Assembly: GCF_009914755.1 (NCBI RefSeq)
Contig: NC_060941.1
Origin: the human T2T-CHM13v2.0 reference genome, Homo sapiens
DNA: 64,000 bases
Direction: 5' to 3' (one strand)
A model generated the notes under the pieces. It was given only the letters and a program-made list of their open reading frames with translations. It was not told the origin of the DNA and searched no databases. Shown piece by piece: positions 62,390 to 64,000 of the stretch (position 1 is the stretch's first letter; each line of letters begins with the position of its first letter). The position numbers were made by a program, and so were the translations under genes.

Positions 62390-62775
62390 ACTGTGTGTTT
62401 TCTTGAGCACCTACTCCATGCCAGCTACTGGAAATAGAAAGACATCAAGATGGCAAGATGCCTGCCCTCAAAGACCAATCACTCTAGTAGGAGAGGTGGA
62501 CACATAAATTGATCATTAAAGTCTGGCGGGATGAGTACAGTGAAAGAGGTATATTCAGGGCGAAGAAATAACACAGGGGAAACAGGGATTCTTTCTTTCT
62601 AGGGAGATCATTGATGCTGATGTTCAAGTCTTGAAAGTTAACTGAGGAGTTTGATAAGCGAATGAGTGGAGAAGAGAAAATGGCATTGTAAGCAGCAGAC
62701 ACTCTTGGTAGCAAAGTATGAGGAGCTCAAAAAAACTGGGATGTGTTTTGTAGAGATGGAGAATGGGGTACCAGT
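62390..62775 (-). mobile_element. L2
   Basis: ttgagcacctactccatgccag..cctgccctcaaag..ctctagtaggagag. Confidence 0.72.
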
Positions 62776-62802
62776 TGTGTGTGTGTGTGTGTGAGAGAGA
62801 GG

Positions 62803-63041
62803 CAGGGCCATGACTAGAGTGAAGCAAGTGAGGCCTTTGCCTAGTGCCCCAAATTTAAGTAGACAACAGAAGAACAACCTCAGTCATCAAGATAAATAAA
62901 ATGTCCATGCAAGATTTTAAAAACTCAAAATTAATGCAAAAAAATTGATGGTGAAAACAGTGACAAAATTTTAAATAGAGGCAGGACTGGGCCACGTGCT
63001 TGCACAACTCACCTTAGTTGCCTCTCCCTAATCCTGGCTCT
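62803..63041. mobile_element. MER96-like hAT MITE
   Basis: Imperfect terminal inverted repeats cagggccatgactagagtgaagcaagtgagg / ccttagttgcctctccctaatcctggctctg. Confidence 0.7.
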
Positions 63042-63634
63042 GTCAGATCCTCCCACCCTTTATCCAGCCCAAACATGAAGGTTCAATAAACGTGGGTATT
63101 TCTGAGCAAGCCTTCAGTGTAACACAGCATCTGTTCTCTCTTTTCAAAGAGCATCTTCCTCTAGTCTATGGGGGACAGTGGGGGTAGAAGGAGGTCAGGG
63201 CTTGTTAGTTTTTCTGCTGATCGTCATGCTGTCCCCATTTGACACAGTGCTGCTGCTGCTGCTGTTATGGTGCCCTCAGAGGAGGGATAGTCCCGGGGCA
63301 GACCCCACTTCCCTTGACCTCTTTAATTCCCCTCAGCACACATACATTGCCAACAATAAGGCTGTCGTTTATATAGTGGATGTTACTGAAAGTATAGAGA
63401 TAAATAGAAAAGAAATAATGTAAGGAAAAGTGTTTCAAACTGAATATGAAATATGAAGGTTTCCAGAACTGAAGGGAATCAGGAAAAGAGAAAATAGGAT
63501 AAACTCTTCCAAGCTGAGCTTCCTTGCCTTAAGGGATTTTTCTTTCCTTCTTTCTTTAGACATAGACTCACCTCAATCCTTTTATCTCTGTTTCTCTTTA
63601 GGAAAAACATTTTGTTTTTCCTAAAAGTGTTTGA

Positions 63635-63930
<296 letters not shown>

Positions 63931-64000
63931 GTGTTTGAAACATGAAACAAAATGTTTGTTTTGTCTGGGAGCTGTTTTGCCACCCACCAGTGCAATTCAT

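Overview
Primate (human-like) non-coding genomic DNA, intergenic or deep intronic. I find no supportable protein-coding exon, RNA gene, CpG island or CRISPR-like array; every ORF in the track I could recognise derives from Alu, L1, MaLR LTR, CR1 or simple-repeat sequence. Much of the window is interspersed repeat: about 30 Alus (many with readable target-site duplications, TSDs), L1 3' fragments of several ages, MaLR solo LTRs (MLT1/MST), MIR and L2 relics, and hAT/Tigger DNA transposons. The less ordinary observations are: (1) two long, co-oriented, dismembered CR1/L3 LINE fossils (~11.05-14.35 kb and ~38.5-41.36 kb) with still-readable ORF2 motifs; (2) several perfect or near-perfect inverted repeats that look like template-switch products, notably a 19-bp-stem hairpin at 11336-11400 and a palindrome replacing an Alu B box; (3) repeat-free blocks with clustered transcription-factor motifs (TCF/LEF at ~32 kb, E-boxes plus a C23 run at ~20.3 kb, GATA/FOX at ~28.9 kb, AP-1 and a CTCF-like site at ~61-62 kb) that are candidate enhancers; (4) local tandem duplications and rearrangement scars. 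I cannot support a claim of a new biological system here. Repeat subfamily names come from remembered consensus motifs, and boundaries of old elements are approximate.
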